Assembly: GCA_951406725.2 (NCBI GenBank)
Contig: OX597818.1
Span: 136,338,001-136,402,000, forward strand
Reading direction: 5' to 3'
DNA from: Octopus vulgaris
Lineage: Eukaryota
Length of the DNA: 64,000 nt
Both the position numbers and the translations under genes were made by a program. The notes under the pieces were generated by a model. That model was not told the DNA's origin. It worked only from the letters and a program-made list of their open reading frames with translations, and did not search any database. This document shows positions 1 to 14,031 of the stretch, piece after piece. Numbering within the stretch: the first letter of the stretch is position 1; each line of letters starts with the position of its first letter.

Positions 1-129
1 ATCAAAAGGTTTGATAGGCAAAAAATGAACATGTTGAGATACTATGATACAGCCAAATGTCCTTCTTGTTTCTATGTCAGTGGATGGTTTGGTAATAGAG
101 GAAAATTGTGCAAATGAAAGCACAAGCCA

Positions 130-305
130 CACACATATGTATATCAACACATACACAGAAGTTTTCTTTCAGCTTCTATCTACCAAATCCACTCATAAGG
201 TGTTGCTCTTCCCAGGGCTACAGTAGGAGACACTTACTAAAGGTGCTGCCACACTGTGGAACTGGGCCTGAGACCACATGGGTGAGAACTAAACTTCTCA
301 GCCCA
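130..305 (-). mobile_element. degenerate tRNA-derived SINE family A fragment
   Basis: ctttcagcttctatctaccaaatccactcataagg...gtggaactgggcctgagaccacatgg aligns in reverse to the family A copy at 17600-17990. Confidence 0.7.
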
Positions 306-519
306 ACATGTACTTGGATCTAAAATAATTTTGTATTTAAATCTTTCTTCTGTAAATTTGTCCATTTTTAATGTTTCCATCCTTTGTACACTTGCTCCAA
401 ATGCAGTTTCTTGTATTGCTGTTCCATACTCTTGTATGTTTTACTTTGGTTTGGTTGTTGATCTAACACTCAAACCTTCTCTTGAAGAATTGGGTTTGAT
501 TTTGATTTTGATTTTTCCA

Positions 520-770
520 GTTTCAGCTAATGAGCTGTGGCCATGCTGGGGCACCGCCATTTGGTTTGCTACATGATTTTACCTCACGAATGCTTTTTAG
601 CAACTGCCATTTGGTGCATGAGAGTTCGATGCAGCTGCCCTCATCTGCACCTCCTGCCGTGAAGTTGGTTCATCCGGGACACCTGACAGGAAGAGATCCA
701 GTCCTACTTTAAAGACATCCGCATCTACACCATGCAGGTCCCTCACTCTGAAAGGTAGAATTAAAATTTG
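520..770 (-). mobile_element. retroposon 3' fragment sharing the family A tail
   Basis: tttcagctaatgagctgtggccatgctggggcaccgcc is the reverse complement of a ggcggtgccccagcatggccacag...ctgaaac tail like that of family A. Confidence 0.45.
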
Positions 771-1096
771 CAGTGTGAGCTATCTAAATATTAGTCTATT
801 TTGCAAATATTACTATTATAATGAATATGTAGCAGGCCACTTTCCAGATTTGATTTGATGATATTTGTCTGAATTTTAATCAGCATTTCATTAATATTAC
901 CTTATTTGGTAATTTTAATGCAGCGAGGTATAGAACACTCTTACAGTCAACCAACACACCTACCAACATATATTGCAGCCAATCACATTTAGTAGTGGAT
1001 GTGATTGGTGTCAGTAGACATCAGAGGAACTGGTTAGTTTCTGCACCAAGATGCAAGAGAACCTTCAACAAGCCTTCTGTGAAATTATATGAAATT

Positions 1097-1490
1097 AGGT
1101 GCAGGAGTGGCTGTGTGGTAAGAAACTTGCTTCCCAGCCACATGGTTCCGGGTTCATTCCCACTGAAGGCACCTTGGGCAAGTGTCTTTTACTATAGCCT
1201 TGGGACAACAAAAGCCTTGTGAGTGGACTTGGTAGATGGAAACTGAAAAGAAGCCCATCATATCTGTATATATTTATGCGCATGTGTGTGTGTGTTTGTC
1301 CCCTACCATATCTTGGCAACTGAATAAGTACTAGGCTTACAAAGAATAAGTCCTGGGGTTGATTTCTTCAAATTAAAGGTGGTGCTCCAGTATGGCTACA
1401 AATGACTGAAACAAATAAAAAAGAACATGGGCACAGGCAAGCCTTGTGAGTGGATTTGGTAGACAGAAACTGGAAGAAGGCCGTTGTATA

Positions 1491-1531
<41 letters not shown>

Positions 1532-1725
1532 TTATATGTTTGTCTGTGTTTGTCCTCCCAACATCACTTGAGAACCGATGCTTGTGTGTTTACATCCCCG
1601 TAACTTAGCGGTTCAGCAAAAGAGACTGATAGAATAAGTCCTGGGGTCAATTTGCTTGACTAAAGGTGGTGCTCCAGCATGGCCGCAGTCAAATGACTGA
1701 AACAAGTAAAAGAGTAAAAAGAGTA
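1097..1725 (+). mobile_element. SINE family A, one near-full copy plus a second 5'-truncated copy
   Basis: A-box-like tggctgtgtggt and B-box-like ggttcattccc, core ccttgggcaagtgtc, internal (TG)n, tail ggtgctccagcatggccgcagtcaaatgactgaaacaagtaaaagag. Confidence 0.85.
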
Positions 1726-2474
1726 AACCCCTGATTTTAGCCCTGGACAGAGCCTGTCTCATAACTGGTCTTTGTCGTATAAGATGTCTCTTTCCCGCTT
1801 TGTGAAACTCTATTACTTCCTTGTCACATTCGCCAGACTGTGTTACATAAGATATCACACAAACCTCTTTTTTAGTCACAAAGCAATGAATCTATCTTCT
1901 AATCTTCTAGCACTCTGTTGGACTCAACAGACAATATTACAGGGTCCATCAAACTAACCAGTGCTAAAGATCCCATCTTCAACTCTAAGCAACAAAGTTT
2001 TACTGCACTACCATCAACTTCACATTCACCATTATGACTACTGCAATGTAGTCAATCCTGTGTGCCTTTTAGAAAAGAACATACAATCTTTTGTTGTTGT
2101 AAATCTTTTAGGTCAGTGGATTTGATAATTGTCCTTTGTACAATGAATGAAAAAAAAAGAAAATTGTTTCCTACAATGACACCTTTTCTAGGCTTTTAAT
2201 CTCCTACTTCAGAGTGATCATTAATTATTTTTCAGTGTCAAAAAACCACAACATATAGTAACCACTGAGAACTAAGGAGATATAACTATTGAGATTTAGC
2301 TATTTATGCAGTACAGCAAGTCATCAACCACAAGACAGCAGACCTCTTTTGGGCCAAGGATCTTATGATACCAGGCCACATAGAAAGCTTTAATTTTTAA
2401 ATTGTATTTCTATTCTGTTGGTTACCACTGTCTACTGGGTATTTTGCATTATACATTGTACAATTATATTATAT

Positions 2475-2690
2475 TGGTTTTAAATTTTGGCACAAAGCCT
2501 GCAATTTTAGGAGAGGGATTAAGTCAATTACATCAAATCCAGTGTTCAACTGGTACTTATTTTATCAACCCTGAAAGGATGAAAGGCAACGTTAACCTCT
2601 GTGGAATTTGAACTCAGAATGTAAAGATGGCCAAAATGCTACTAAGCATTTTGCCTGGTGTGCTAACAATTTTGCTAGCTCACTGCCTTA
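2475..2690 (-). mobile_element. diverged SINE family B copy
   Basis: ctggtacttattttatcaaccctgaaaggatgaaaggc...gaatttgaactcagaatgt...gctagctcactgcc matches the reverse complement of family B. Confidence 0.75.
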
Positions 2691-2698
2691 CATATTGG

Positions 2699-2760
<62 letters not shown>

Positions 2761-2764
<4 letters not shown>

Positions 2765-2930
2765 AGAGTTTACGAAAAAACAAAGACGAAGACAGGTGGT
2801 GTACAAAACAAACAGATGTATTAGTATAACGCTCAGGAATAGAAAAAGTATTTTACGTTTCAAGCCTATGCTCTTCTACAGAAAGGGACACAGAAAAAAC
2901 AAGGAGAGAAAAAAAATGTGTGTAGTGGTA
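2761..2930 (-). mobile_element. Penelope-like terminal fragment with hammerhead-like motif (2851-2889), abutting (TA)n
   Basis: Reverse complement of 40130-40300; minus strand reads cttt-CTGTAGA-a-GAGC-atag-GCTT-GAAA-cg-TA-aaa. Confidence 0.6.
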
Positions 2931-3053
2931 TGTGAGGAGAGAGAGAGAGAGAGAATGAGAGGGTGAAAGAGTAAGATAGAAAGAGAATAAGAGAGAAGCG
3001 AGAGACGGATGTCTCGGAGGTGTTTCGCGAACCGGTCAGCCAAGCAGCGTCCC

Positions 3054-3093
<40 letters not shown>

Positions 3094-3432
3094 ATTATAT
3101 ATATATATGTGTGTGTGTATTATATATATATATGTGTGTGTGTATTATATATATATATGTGTGTGTGTGTATTATATATGTATGTGTGTGTGTATTATAT
3201 ATATATGTGTGTGTGTGTGTATTATATATATATGTGTGTGTGTGTGTGTGTATTATATATATGTGTGTGTGTGTGTGTGTGTTATATATATGTGTGTGTG
3301 TGTGTGTGTATTATATATGTGTGTGTGTGTGTGTGTATTATATATATATGTGTGTGTGTGTGTGTATTATATATATGTGTGTGTGTATTATATATATATG
3401 TGTGTGTGTATTATATGTGTGTGTGTGTGTAT

Positions 3433-3463
<31 letters not shown>

Positions 3464-3488
3464 ATTATATATGTGTGTGTGTGTGTAT

Positions 3489-3519
<31 letters not shown>

Positions 3520-3521
3520 AT

Positions 3522-3556
<35 letters not shown>

Positions 3557-3575
3557 ATTATATATATAATTATAT
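3054..3575. repeat. compound (TA)n(TG)n minisatellite punctuated by 'att'
   Basis: Directly visible; explains the YI/CV pseudo-ORFs. Confidence 0.95.
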
Positions 3576-4117
3576 ATTCTGCACATTGTGTCTTGTTATG
3601 CATGAAATTGCCTTGGTCTATAGAAAATATTGTCTTGTATGAAATAAGTCTGTAGTACAAAAATGGTTATGGACTTCAGTAATACAGTCCTGGCAATGAG
3701 GTATATAGACCATCACATTTGGTATTCAATCAGCTCTGTCAATTGTGCTCTGTTGTTAGAAAATGGCATTTCAAATCTGCCAAAAGCAAAGATTTAAATT
3801 TGTATCTGAAGTAGACCAAGTTTTCTTCAAAACTACAAACAGAATATTTTAAATTCATTTCTGTATTTCTATATATTTGTTGGTAAATATATCATTTCAT
3901 ATGAAAAATTCCCAGGTTGGGAATATTCTGTATTGAGCTTCAAATAAACAACATTTAAATTCACTTTGATCTCCAACAAATATTTTCTTCGAGATGGGAA
4001 ATATGGAAATACAGAACTTTATAAAGGCAGCGGAGCTGGTCCTGAGCCCAATCTACTTAACAATGTATAAACTGAAGAGAAAATGTTATTTCACATTATA
4101 TTACATAGTATATTATT

Positions 4118-4161
4118 TGTGTATATATATATGTATATATATATGTATATATATATGTATG

Positions 4162-4192
<31 letters not shown>

Positions 4193-4735
4193 GTATGTAT
4201 ATATGTATGTATATGTATGTATGTATATGTATATATGTATGTGTATGTATGTATGTATGTGTATGTATATGTATGTATATGTATGTGTATATGTATGTAT
4301 ATGTATGTATGTGTATATATATGTATATGTATGTATGTATATGTATATATATGTATATGTATATATATATGTATATATATGTATATGTATATATATGTAT
4401 ATGTATATATATGTATATGTATGTATATGTATGTATATGTATGTATATGTATGTATATGCATGTATAAGTGTATATGTATATATGTATATATATATATAT
4501 ATATATATGTATATGTATATATATGTATATGTATATATATGTATATATATGTATATGTATATATATATGTATATGTATATATGTATATGTATATATATAT
4601 GTATATGTATATATGTATATGAATATATATATATGTATATATATATGTATATATATGTATATGTATATGTATATATATATATAAATATATATGTATATGT
4701 ATATATAAATATATATACATATATATATAAATATA
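4118..4735. repeat. (TA)/(TATG) microsatellite tract
   Basis: Directly visible. Confidence 0.95.
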
Positions 4736-4859
4736 ATACTCACATGTGTAGTATGGATTTACGATAGCAAGGAAAAATATATGTTGATAAAATGACAAAA
4801 TGCATAATGAAATCTGAGAATCAAAGGGAGATATATTTTCATCTATCTATTCTTAGTAA

Positions 4860-4902
<43 letters not shown>

Positions 4903-5159
4903 GAGAAAAAGAAACACTTATTTACAATGTCGACACTTGCTGCAAAACGAAAATACACCAACAAAGCAAACAAAAACACAAAATAACAAGTTTGACATCC
5001 ACCATATTACTTTCAGCTTGAGGGGTGGTGGGGTTGGTGGGGGTTGGTGCTGGTGGGGGCAGCAGTAAATAAAGTAAGTTAGCTTTCCATTGTATTGGAG
5101 AGTGTAAAACAATTTGACAATCTCAAAATTACATGTTCTATATGCAATTTGTATTTTAC

Positions 5160-5198
<39 letters not shown>

Positions 5199-6040
5199 CA
5201 CACACACACACATATGTTTGCATGTATATGTATATATGTGTGTATATATGTATATACATGTGCGCGCACTTGTGTGTGTGTGTGAGGCTAGTTTCCAAAG
5301 CAAAGCAGATTGATTTATTCTTTGAATTATGGCAGATAATAAGAGATGGATTCAGGCAAGCTATTCTGGTTTTTCCTATTGATTTCTTGCATTTTCTTAA
5401 ATCAAAGGCTCTATTACATGGCAAAGAAGTTTCCAGCAACATGAGATGATTTTCTTGGAGTTAAAAGAATATTGAAATTAATCTAAATAACATAAAAAAG
5501 GACAGGTGAGAAAACATCTTATTTTGATTTTTGTTTTTTTTCTCTTGTTTTTTTTTAACCTCTTTTCCTTTCTTGTGAAACATGTGGACCTCTGATACAA
5601 TGGAAAATTGTTTGAGCTATTTACATCACAGTCTCAATATTTTGTAGCTTCCTCTGCTCAAAATTGCCAATTTTTATTGTTCCTCTTTGGTGTTTTCTGA
5701 TATAAGGAACTGTATTTATGACATAAAGTGGTTACTACTAAGATAAAAACATGATATGTCTTGAAGCTATATATGAAGAATGTAGAATAGCTAAACTCAA
5801 CAACAAGAGAATAGAAGCAGTTTTAATAAAGAAGATATTAAATTAAAAGAAACCCTCAAGTGTTACAAGAAAAATGTTACATGATTGACAAAACATAACT
5901 GGAAACTAAAATATATTACTTGAGCTAACAAGAAAATCCCAGCATAGTCATAGGCACAGGCATGACTGTGTAGTAAGAAGCTTGCTGCCCAACCACGTGA
6001 TCCTGGGTTCAGTCTTTTGTGAGGTACATTTGGGCAAATT

Positions 6041-6272
6041 AAGGTGGCGAGCTGGCAGAAACGTTTGCACGCTGGGCGAAATGCGTAGCCGTATTTCGTC
6101 TGCCGTTACGTTCTGAGTTCAAATTCTGCCGAGGTCGACTTAACCTTTCATCCTTTCGGGGTCGATTAAATAATTACCAGTTATGCACTGGGGTCGATAT
6201 AATCGACTTAATACGTTTGTCTGTCCCTGTTTGTCCCCTCTGTGTTTAGCCCTTGTGGGTAGTAAAGAAATA
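6041..6272 (+). mobile_element. SINE family B (Meta-domain-like core) nested in a family A SINE (about 5955-6360)
   Basis: 19-bp TSD gaggtacatttgggcaaat at 6021-6039 and 6273-6291; B box gagttcaaattc; core ctttcatcctttcggggtcgat...taccag. Confidence 0.9.
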
Positions 6273-7319
6273 GAGGTACATTTGGGCAAATACCTTCTAC
6301 TTTGGCCTCAGGCTGATGAGTCTTGTGAGTGGATTTCGTCGACAGAAATTGAAAGAAACCTCTTGCACTTATTTATGTCTAGAATAGGAAGGCTTTAGGC
6401 TACCAATGATCTAAACTAATAGGTATGCTGTCTGAGTGCTTCAATTGATAAGCTACTAGGATCCAAGTTCACAATGGGAGCTGAAGTTGGAGACCTGGAG
6501 CTTACTTCTGAGTCAGTGGATACAAATTAAAGGAAGAGGAAAACAAAACCAAAGCAGGACAGGTTTATCAAATCAATTACAATATTTAAATTATTATAGT
6601 GGTGAATCAAAGTAAGCAAGAGTAAATAATAATGTTTTCCAGTTCCCTTTAATCTAAATCTATATTTATGTGTGTGTGTGTGTGTGTGTGTCTTTGACAG
6701 TGTTTGCCTCTCACCATCACTTGACAACTGGTGTTGGTTTATGTACATCTCTATAACTGAGTGGTTCGGCAAAAGAGACCAATAGAATAAGTATCTGGGT
6801 TTAAAACAACAAAAATTTGGGGTCAATTCATTCAGCTAAAAATTCTTCAAGCTGGTTCCCCAGCATGGCAACAGCCTACTGGCTAAAACACGTAAAAAAT
6901 AAAAAATGGATAAAAAGATATAGTAACTCATTTTACTAGAAATACTAACCAAATATCTCTTAAATCACACCCTGCTATATTAATGATGGATGGATACCTT
7001 AGAGAATGTTGTTCTACCTAAACTCTGTCTGAAATTGAGATAAGGTTAATCACAGCTGGAACACCTTTCATCAGCTGTATCAGAAAATGATTGAATGGTG
7101 GGGTTAAGGGTCACAACAACAACAGCAACACGAATATTTCTCTCACCCACCCTTTCTCTCTCTCTCTCTCTCCTCATGTTAATAATGTCTGTGTGTGTGT
7201 GTGTGTGTGTGTATGCATGTGTGTGTGTGTGTTTCTGAATGTTTGTCTTTGCATGTCTAAACAGTGAGAATAAATGCATGTTTATCAGTCAGACATACAC
7301 TTGTAACATCTTTCATAAG

Positions 7320-7482
7320 CACACACACACAAGCACACACACACAAGCACACACACACAAGCACACACACACAAGCACACACACACACACACACACACTC
7401 TTGAGCTCCGTGACATATCTTTATTTGTCTCAATATATTTGTTAGTCTGTATTTCTCATACCTGTACATCCACACACACACA

Positions 7483-7519
<37 letters not shown>

Positions 7520-7675
7520 AGACTCACACACACACACACACACACACACAGACTCACACACACACACACACACACGTTCAAACTATAAATAAGCTTGTGT
7601 ATGTGTGTGTGTGCTTGTGTATGGGTCTTCATGCATGGAAATAAGGAGAAATTTTCAAGTACAGAACTACATATG

Positions 7676-7717
<42 letters not shown>

Positions 7718-8040
7718 CACACATTAATACACACACATTAATACACACACACACAAATTAATACACAAACACACACACATTAACACACACACATTAATAC
7801 ACACACACACACATTAATACACACACACACATTAATACACACACACATTAATACACACACACACACACATTAATACACACACACACATTAATACACACAC
7901 ACACATTAATACACACACACACATTAATACACACACACACACATTAATACACACACACACACACACATTAATACACACACACACACATTAATACACACAC
8001 ACGCACACACACACATTAATACATACACTTATACACACAC
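7320..8040. repeat. (CA)n tracts including a (CA)n-attaat minisatellite
   Basis: Directly visible. Confidence 0.9.
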
Positions 8041-8349
8041 AAAGACAGCAATGTAAATAAATGAGAAATTTGGAAGCAATTATAAAGATAAACATCTTTG
8101 TGTTGAGATAAACTTCCATAATCTGAATTATTTAACATGTGTCTGAGAGGCAATTGGATTGTAGTTATACATTAAAGGGCTGTTTTAATATGTGTGTGGG
8201 TTCTGTGTAAGTGTGTGTATTTGCATGTGTGTCTGTTTGCATTTCGCTGTGTTGTGTGTCTGATGTGTGTGTGTGCATGTATGTATGTATGTGTTTGTGT
8301 GTAGCTGTGTGTATGTGTATTTATAAAGCATCTGTGTGCATTGACAGTC

Positions 8350-9060
8350 ACTGCCACCATCATCGTTATTATCATCACCACCACTACTGCCACCGCCACA
8401 GCCATCACCACCACCAACCACTACTGCCACAGCCACCACCATAACCACTACTGCCACAGCCACCACCACCACCACCAACCACTACTGCCACCGCCGCAGC
8501 CATCACCACCACCAACCACTACTGCCACCGCCGCAGCCATCACCACCACCAACCACTACTGCCACCGCCACAGCCATCACCACCACCAACCACTACTGCC
8601 ACAGCCACCACCACCACCACCAACCACTACTGCCACCGCCGCAGCCATCACCACCACCAACCACTACTGCCACCGCCACAGCCATCACCACCACCAACCA
8701 CTACTGCCACCGCCGCTACCACCACCAACCACTACTGCCACCGCCATAGCCATCACCACCACCAACCACTACTGCCACCCCCACAGCCATCACCACCACC
8801 AACCACTACTGCCACCGCTGCAGCCATCACCACCACCAACCACCCACTACTGCCACAGCCACCACCACCACCACCAACCACTACTGCCACAGCCACCACC
8901 ACCACCACCACCAACCACTACTGCCACAGCCATCACCACCACCAACCACTACTGCCACAGCCACCACCACCACCACCACCACCAACCACTACTGCCACAG
9001 CCATCACCACCACAACCACCACCACCATAACCACCACCACCACCACCACCACCACCATAA
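8350..9060. repeat. (CCA)-rich minisatellite, variable unit of about 37 bp (gccatcaccaccaccaaccactactgccaccgccaca)
   Basis: The unit is not a multiple of 3, so the 229-aa ORF cycles through T/H/P frames. Confidence 0.9.
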
Positions 9061-9444
9061 TTACTAGTGTGATCCGATCAGATTTTCTATGATGTTAAAT
9101 TATTTTCATTTTTGCTCTCGTTTCATTGATTGATTCCAGAGGCTTGTACTTACCCTTCCTCACCATTCCACCTCAATCCACACCCTATATCGTTAAGAGT
9201 AGGTGGTACGTTACTCTCTACACCACCCACTATATTATTCAGTTTGCCTATGTTGATAGAATCTATCACTGTCATTAATATTTCCCTAGTTAAACCATCA
9301 TCAGTGGTAATAATATCCCCCCCCCCTGATTCTCTGGACAACATGAATCATATCAATGTGATAGATAAATATTCTATCTTCTTGGAAAGAAGCAGAGGGA
9401 TAACCAGAGCAGCTAGAGCTTCTGTTTATGTTTTCAGATATGTA

Positions 9445-9856
9445 TACTCTCTTTTACTCTCTCCTTTACTTGTTTCAGTCATTTGACTGCGGCCATGCTG
9501 GAGCACCGCCTTTAGTCGAGCAACTCGACCCCGGGACTTATTCTTTTTGTAAGCCCAGTACTTATTCTATCGGTCTCTTTTTGCCGAACCGCTAAGTGAC
9601 GGGGACGTAAACACACCAGCATCGGTTGCCAAGCAATGCTAGGGGAAAAACACAGACACACAAACACACACACATACACATATATATATATACGACAGGC
9701 TTCTTTCAGTTTCCGTCTACCAAATCCACTCACAAGGCATTGGTCGGCCTGAGGCTATAGTAGAAGACACTTGCCCAAGGTGCCACGCAGTGGGACTGAA
9801 CCCGGAACCATGTGGTTGGTAAACAAGCTACTTACCACACAGCCACTCCTGCGCCT
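9445..9856 (-). mobile_element. full-length SINE family A
   Basis: Complete head to tail, reverse complement of the 17600-17990 type. Confidence 0.9.
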
Positions 9857-10229
9857 ATGTGTGTGTCCTGTATGTTTCTGTGCATATATATCATCATTGA
9901 GTTACGACCTGGTGGCCATAACCCGAATTTACAAAATTAACGAGGATAGGATGAACCCAAAACAACAACACACCACAAAGTCTTTTGTAGAATATTATTA
10001 ACAATTGTTAGCATAAAAAGAAAACAGCCCACATACAAAACAAACATATATGAACAAAAATAAACCAATGCCACACCAGATGTGCAGTCAAAATATTTAC
10101 AAAGGTAACATATGTATATACAGTTCAGAAATTCGGACTTAGAATCCCGGCTTCACCAACTTGATTTCACAAACTTGGATCCATAACTCTGGATTCGCAA
10201 GTTTTGGTTTCACTGAAATTGGCCTCACA

Positions 10230-11146
10230 CAGTATGCTCCAATGGATGTGTAATGTCAGTGTGCATACTTGACAGTGTTAATGCCTTGATAGAAAAGTTG
10301 GACCTAAGAAGCATCAGATGTAGTGTGCAAGAGAAACTACTGCACTGGTATGGCTATGAGGCAAGAATGGATGTGGATAGCTGTGTGAAAAAGTGCCACA
10401 CTCTAGCAGTAGAGGGAACCTGTGGAAGAGGTAGACCCAGGTAGATCTGGGATGAGGTGGTGAAGCATGACCTTTGAACATTGGGCCTCACCGAGGCAAT
10501 GACTAGTGACCAGGACCTTTGGAAATATGCTGTGCTTGAGAAGACTCGGCAAGTGCAAGTGAGACCATAACCTTGTGGCCTATGCCAGGGGTGTAACCAG
10601 CCCACTTATGCGTATCTTTCCTACATTGGACACTAAACTCTGCTTGTGAAGACCTGTTGAGGCAAGTGAAATCGAAATGGAAATCAAATTTGATGACTGG
10701 CATCCATTGCTAGTGGAGCACTAAGAGTACCATATGAACGAGATTGTTGCCAGAGCAACAAGCTGGTCTCCATGCCGATGGCATGTAAAAAGGACCATTC
10801 GAGCGTGATCATTACCTGCATCACCTTACTGGCACTTGTGCTGGTGGCATGTGAACAAAACATTCGAGTGAGGTTGTTGCCAGTGTCGCTGGACTGGCTC
10901 CTGTGCAGGTGGCACATAAAAAGCACCATTTGAGCGTGGCCGTTGCCACTACCACCTGACTGGCCCTCGTGCTGGTGGCACGTAAAAGCACCCACTACAC
11001 TTTTGGAGTGGATGGCGTTAGGAAGGGCATCCAGCTGTAGAAACATTGCCAGATCAGATTGGAGTCTGGTGCAGCCATCTGGTTCGCCAGACCTCAGTCA
11101 CATCGTCCAACCCATGCTAGCATGGAAAGCGTACGTTAAATGATGA
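10230..11146 (+). mobile_element. RTE LINE 3' fragment (ORF2 C-terminus remnant, 3'UTR and (GAT)n tail)
   Basis: LHWYGYEARMDVDSCVKKCHTLAVEGTCGRGRPR is homologous to the C-terminus of the element at 41686-44428. Confidence 0.9.
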
Positions 11147-11342
11147 TACATATATATACATATATATATATAAATATACACATACATACATACATGTGTG
11201 TGTATATATATGTATATATATATGTATGTATGTGTATATATATATGTATGTATGTGTATATGTATGTATGTGTATATATATGTATGTGTATATATATGTA
11301 TGTGTATATATATGTATATATATGTGTATATATATGTATGTG

Positions 11343-11382
<40 letters not shown>

Positions 11383-11442
11383 TATATGTATGTGTATATA
11401 TATATATAAATATATATATATATACACATACATATATGTATG

Positions 11443-11474
<32 letters not shown>

Positions 11475-11682
11475 TACATATACATATGTGTATATATATA
11501 TATATACATATACGTATGTGTATATATATATATATATATATATACATATACGTATGTGTATATATATATATATATACATATACGTATGTATATATATATA
11601 TATACACATACATATATGTATGTATATATGTGTATGTGTATATATATGTGTATGTGTATATATGTATGTGTATATATATATA
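11147..11682. repeat. (TA)/(TATG) microsatellite
   Basis: Directly visible. Confidence 0.95.
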
Positions 11683-11764
11683 AATGTAAACAAATATTTG
11701 TTTGTTTACATTTATACACACATGGTTGTTCTATAAAGCGAAAGTATTTGGCAGTGAATTTGTC

Positions 11765-11850
11765 AGTGAGCAGTTTAGCTTAATGGTAAAGCACTCAGCG
11801 GGAATCTTTGAGAGATATGGGTTCAAGTCCTATGGCTGGTTCTTGACAAA
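11765..11850 (+). mobile_element. tRNA-like head (SINE or tRNA pseudogene) related to 46455-46532
   Basis: gcagtttagcttaatggtaaagcac...gggttcaagtcc provides A and B boxes; no intact cloverleaf. Confidence 0.45.
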
Positions 11851-13284
11851 TTTCTCTGCCTTGGAAGGGTAATTTACCCAGTATTTCTGCCATTCTAATG
11901 GCAATGTTGCATTGGAAAAAAATATCTTCTTCTTACACACACACACACACATACAATGGGATTCTGCACAGTTTCTGTCTACCAAATTTATTTACAAGGC
12001 ATTGGTTAGCCAAGGGCCATAGTAGAAGTAGCTTGCTCAAGGTTGTACACAGTGGGAATGAACCTGAAACCTTGCAGTTACAAAGCAAGTTTCTTAACCA
12101 TTCAGCCATGCCTGCAACAAACAGAAAAGCAAGTTCTTTTTACATCTTCTCTTTTGAAGTCTACAGAAATTCTGTGCTTATAAACCTATTATTATTTAGG
12201 GTTTAAGTAAATTGGATAAACTCATTTGCACATAAAACATATTCGGAAGATAATTTGATCAATAAATTAATAATTTATTAACAGAGTACTATAACAATGT
12301 ACTATACAATTGACATCAGGATTGTTGGTGATACTCCCAATTAATATCTAAATATAAATGCTTCATCTGAATGTATTTTCATGTTGTGGAAAATTTTCTG
12401 TCTGACAAGTTTTCTAATAGGAAATTCCTTACATCTCTTATTATAAAAGGCAGATTTTATCTGCCTCCCTTTGTCAGTTATAGAAATCTACAATATAGGA
12501 TTTCTTCAATTACAATTTACCTAGCATTTTTAAGAGTAGAATGCATCGGGTTTTGCCAGGTCCAGTTTTTAAAATTTAAACTCCAATTAAGCAAAATTTA
12601 CAGAAAACTCACATTCTGGTGTGTATGTCAAATGCTTTTCTTAGTCTGGTTTACAGCACACGCAAACTCACACACACAGTGTGCAACGAATAAAGTGAAA
12701 CTAGATGTAATATTTGTTTCTGTCTATCACGCTGATAGATACATGAGTAAAATGTATGGCAAGCTAACAGATAAGAGTGAGTGAAAATGTTCTTGGAAGA
12801 GAGTAAATAGTGACAGAGTGATTTGAGGAAGACTAAACTGAAAGTATGAAACAGTGTTTATGTATAAACAGACGACACTTATATATAGTTAAACTGAAAG
12901 TGTGAAACAGTGTTTATGTATAAACAGACGACACTTATATATAGTTATAAATGTATGCATCTGTTTAACCCTTTCGTTACCAAACCGCCCGAATTTACCT
13001 ATTCATATTTAAATGAGAATATCAGAGTAAATCTCTTTAGTACATTCGTGAAAACACGTATTATACTTCGTAAACACTTCAAATACAGTTTTGTACAAAA
13101 ATCGAAGTGTAATTTTAATTCCGTGAATTATGGGAGATTTTTTTTCTGAAATGTGTTTTCAAAATTTGTAATTCTGACAAAAAATGGATACGAATTTCAT
13201 TATATCAAGCAGCGTGTCAGAATTCGAAGGATTTTCTACTGAAGACCTTCATAAATCTAACTCTATGACTGAAAAGAAAAAGCA

Positions 13285-13677
13285 TCTTTATATAAGAGTG
13301 AAGTTGTGTGTCTGTCTCCTACGATTTAGATTCGTAACTACTCCCACATTTTGCGGTGCAGTTTAACCAAAAGCGGGTGTCTTATAGTCGTGATTCATAT
13401 CGAGCCCTTCTGGGTATTAGCGCGCGTCTACGATGAGTCTACGATTTAAAAAATTTACCATCATATTTTTCCATTTTAATGCATTTTTTCGCTTTTATAT
13501 AAGGGAAGTAACTCTCTAAAAATATCTACGATGTGTCAACGATTTAAAAAGAAAATTTACCTTAATTTTTTTTCAATTTTTAATGCATTTTTTTGCTATT
13601 TTTTGGCTATAACTCTCTAAAAATGCTTATATAGTTATTTCCCTTACAACCCGAGCAATGCCGGGCGATACTGCTAG
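13285..13677 (+). mobile_element. non-autonomous Helitron
   Basis: A|TCtttatataagagtgaagttgtgtgtctgtc 5' end; 3' hairpin cccgagcaatgccggg followed by CTAG|T; no TSD. Confidence 0.8.
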
Positions 13678-13899
13678 TGTCTATATAACATGTAAATTCT
13701 TATTGGAAAATGTAACGTTGGTAATGGAGAATAAATAATACCAAAAAATTTCAATTTTCCTGCTTGTTTATCCAACAAGTCTGCAATTAATATTTTCATA
13801 ATCCTTAATTTTAATGTTAGTCTTGATTTACATACACCAGTAATAATGGATACATATTGATTGTGATAATGGAATACGCAGATGTGCTTCAAGAAGAAA

Positions 13900-13992
13900 C
13901 CGCTGGGATATCTTCTACTATAGCCCTGGGTCAGCAAGTTCCTTGTGATTGAATTTGGTAGACCGACAGTGTGTGGTGGTCCATCAGATACA

Positions 13993-14031
<39 letters not shown>

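Noticed and set aside
3009-4798. Long ORFs rich in Y/I/C/V/M/H/T (also at 11098-11783 and 25757-26260)
   Set aside because: They are translations of dinucleotide and tetranucleotide microsatellites, open in several frames on both strands.
5310-5512. Possible host exon ending at gacag|gtgaga (similarly caacag|gtaaga at about 30113)
   Set aside because: Donor-like motifs only; no recognisable protein and no convincing open exon. A non-coding exon cannot be excluded without RNA data.
8341-9030. 229-aa His/Pro/Thr-rich ORF resembling a mucin or extensin
   Set aside because: It is a CCA-rich minisatellite whose unit shifts frame; TTG start and no splice or other coding evidence.
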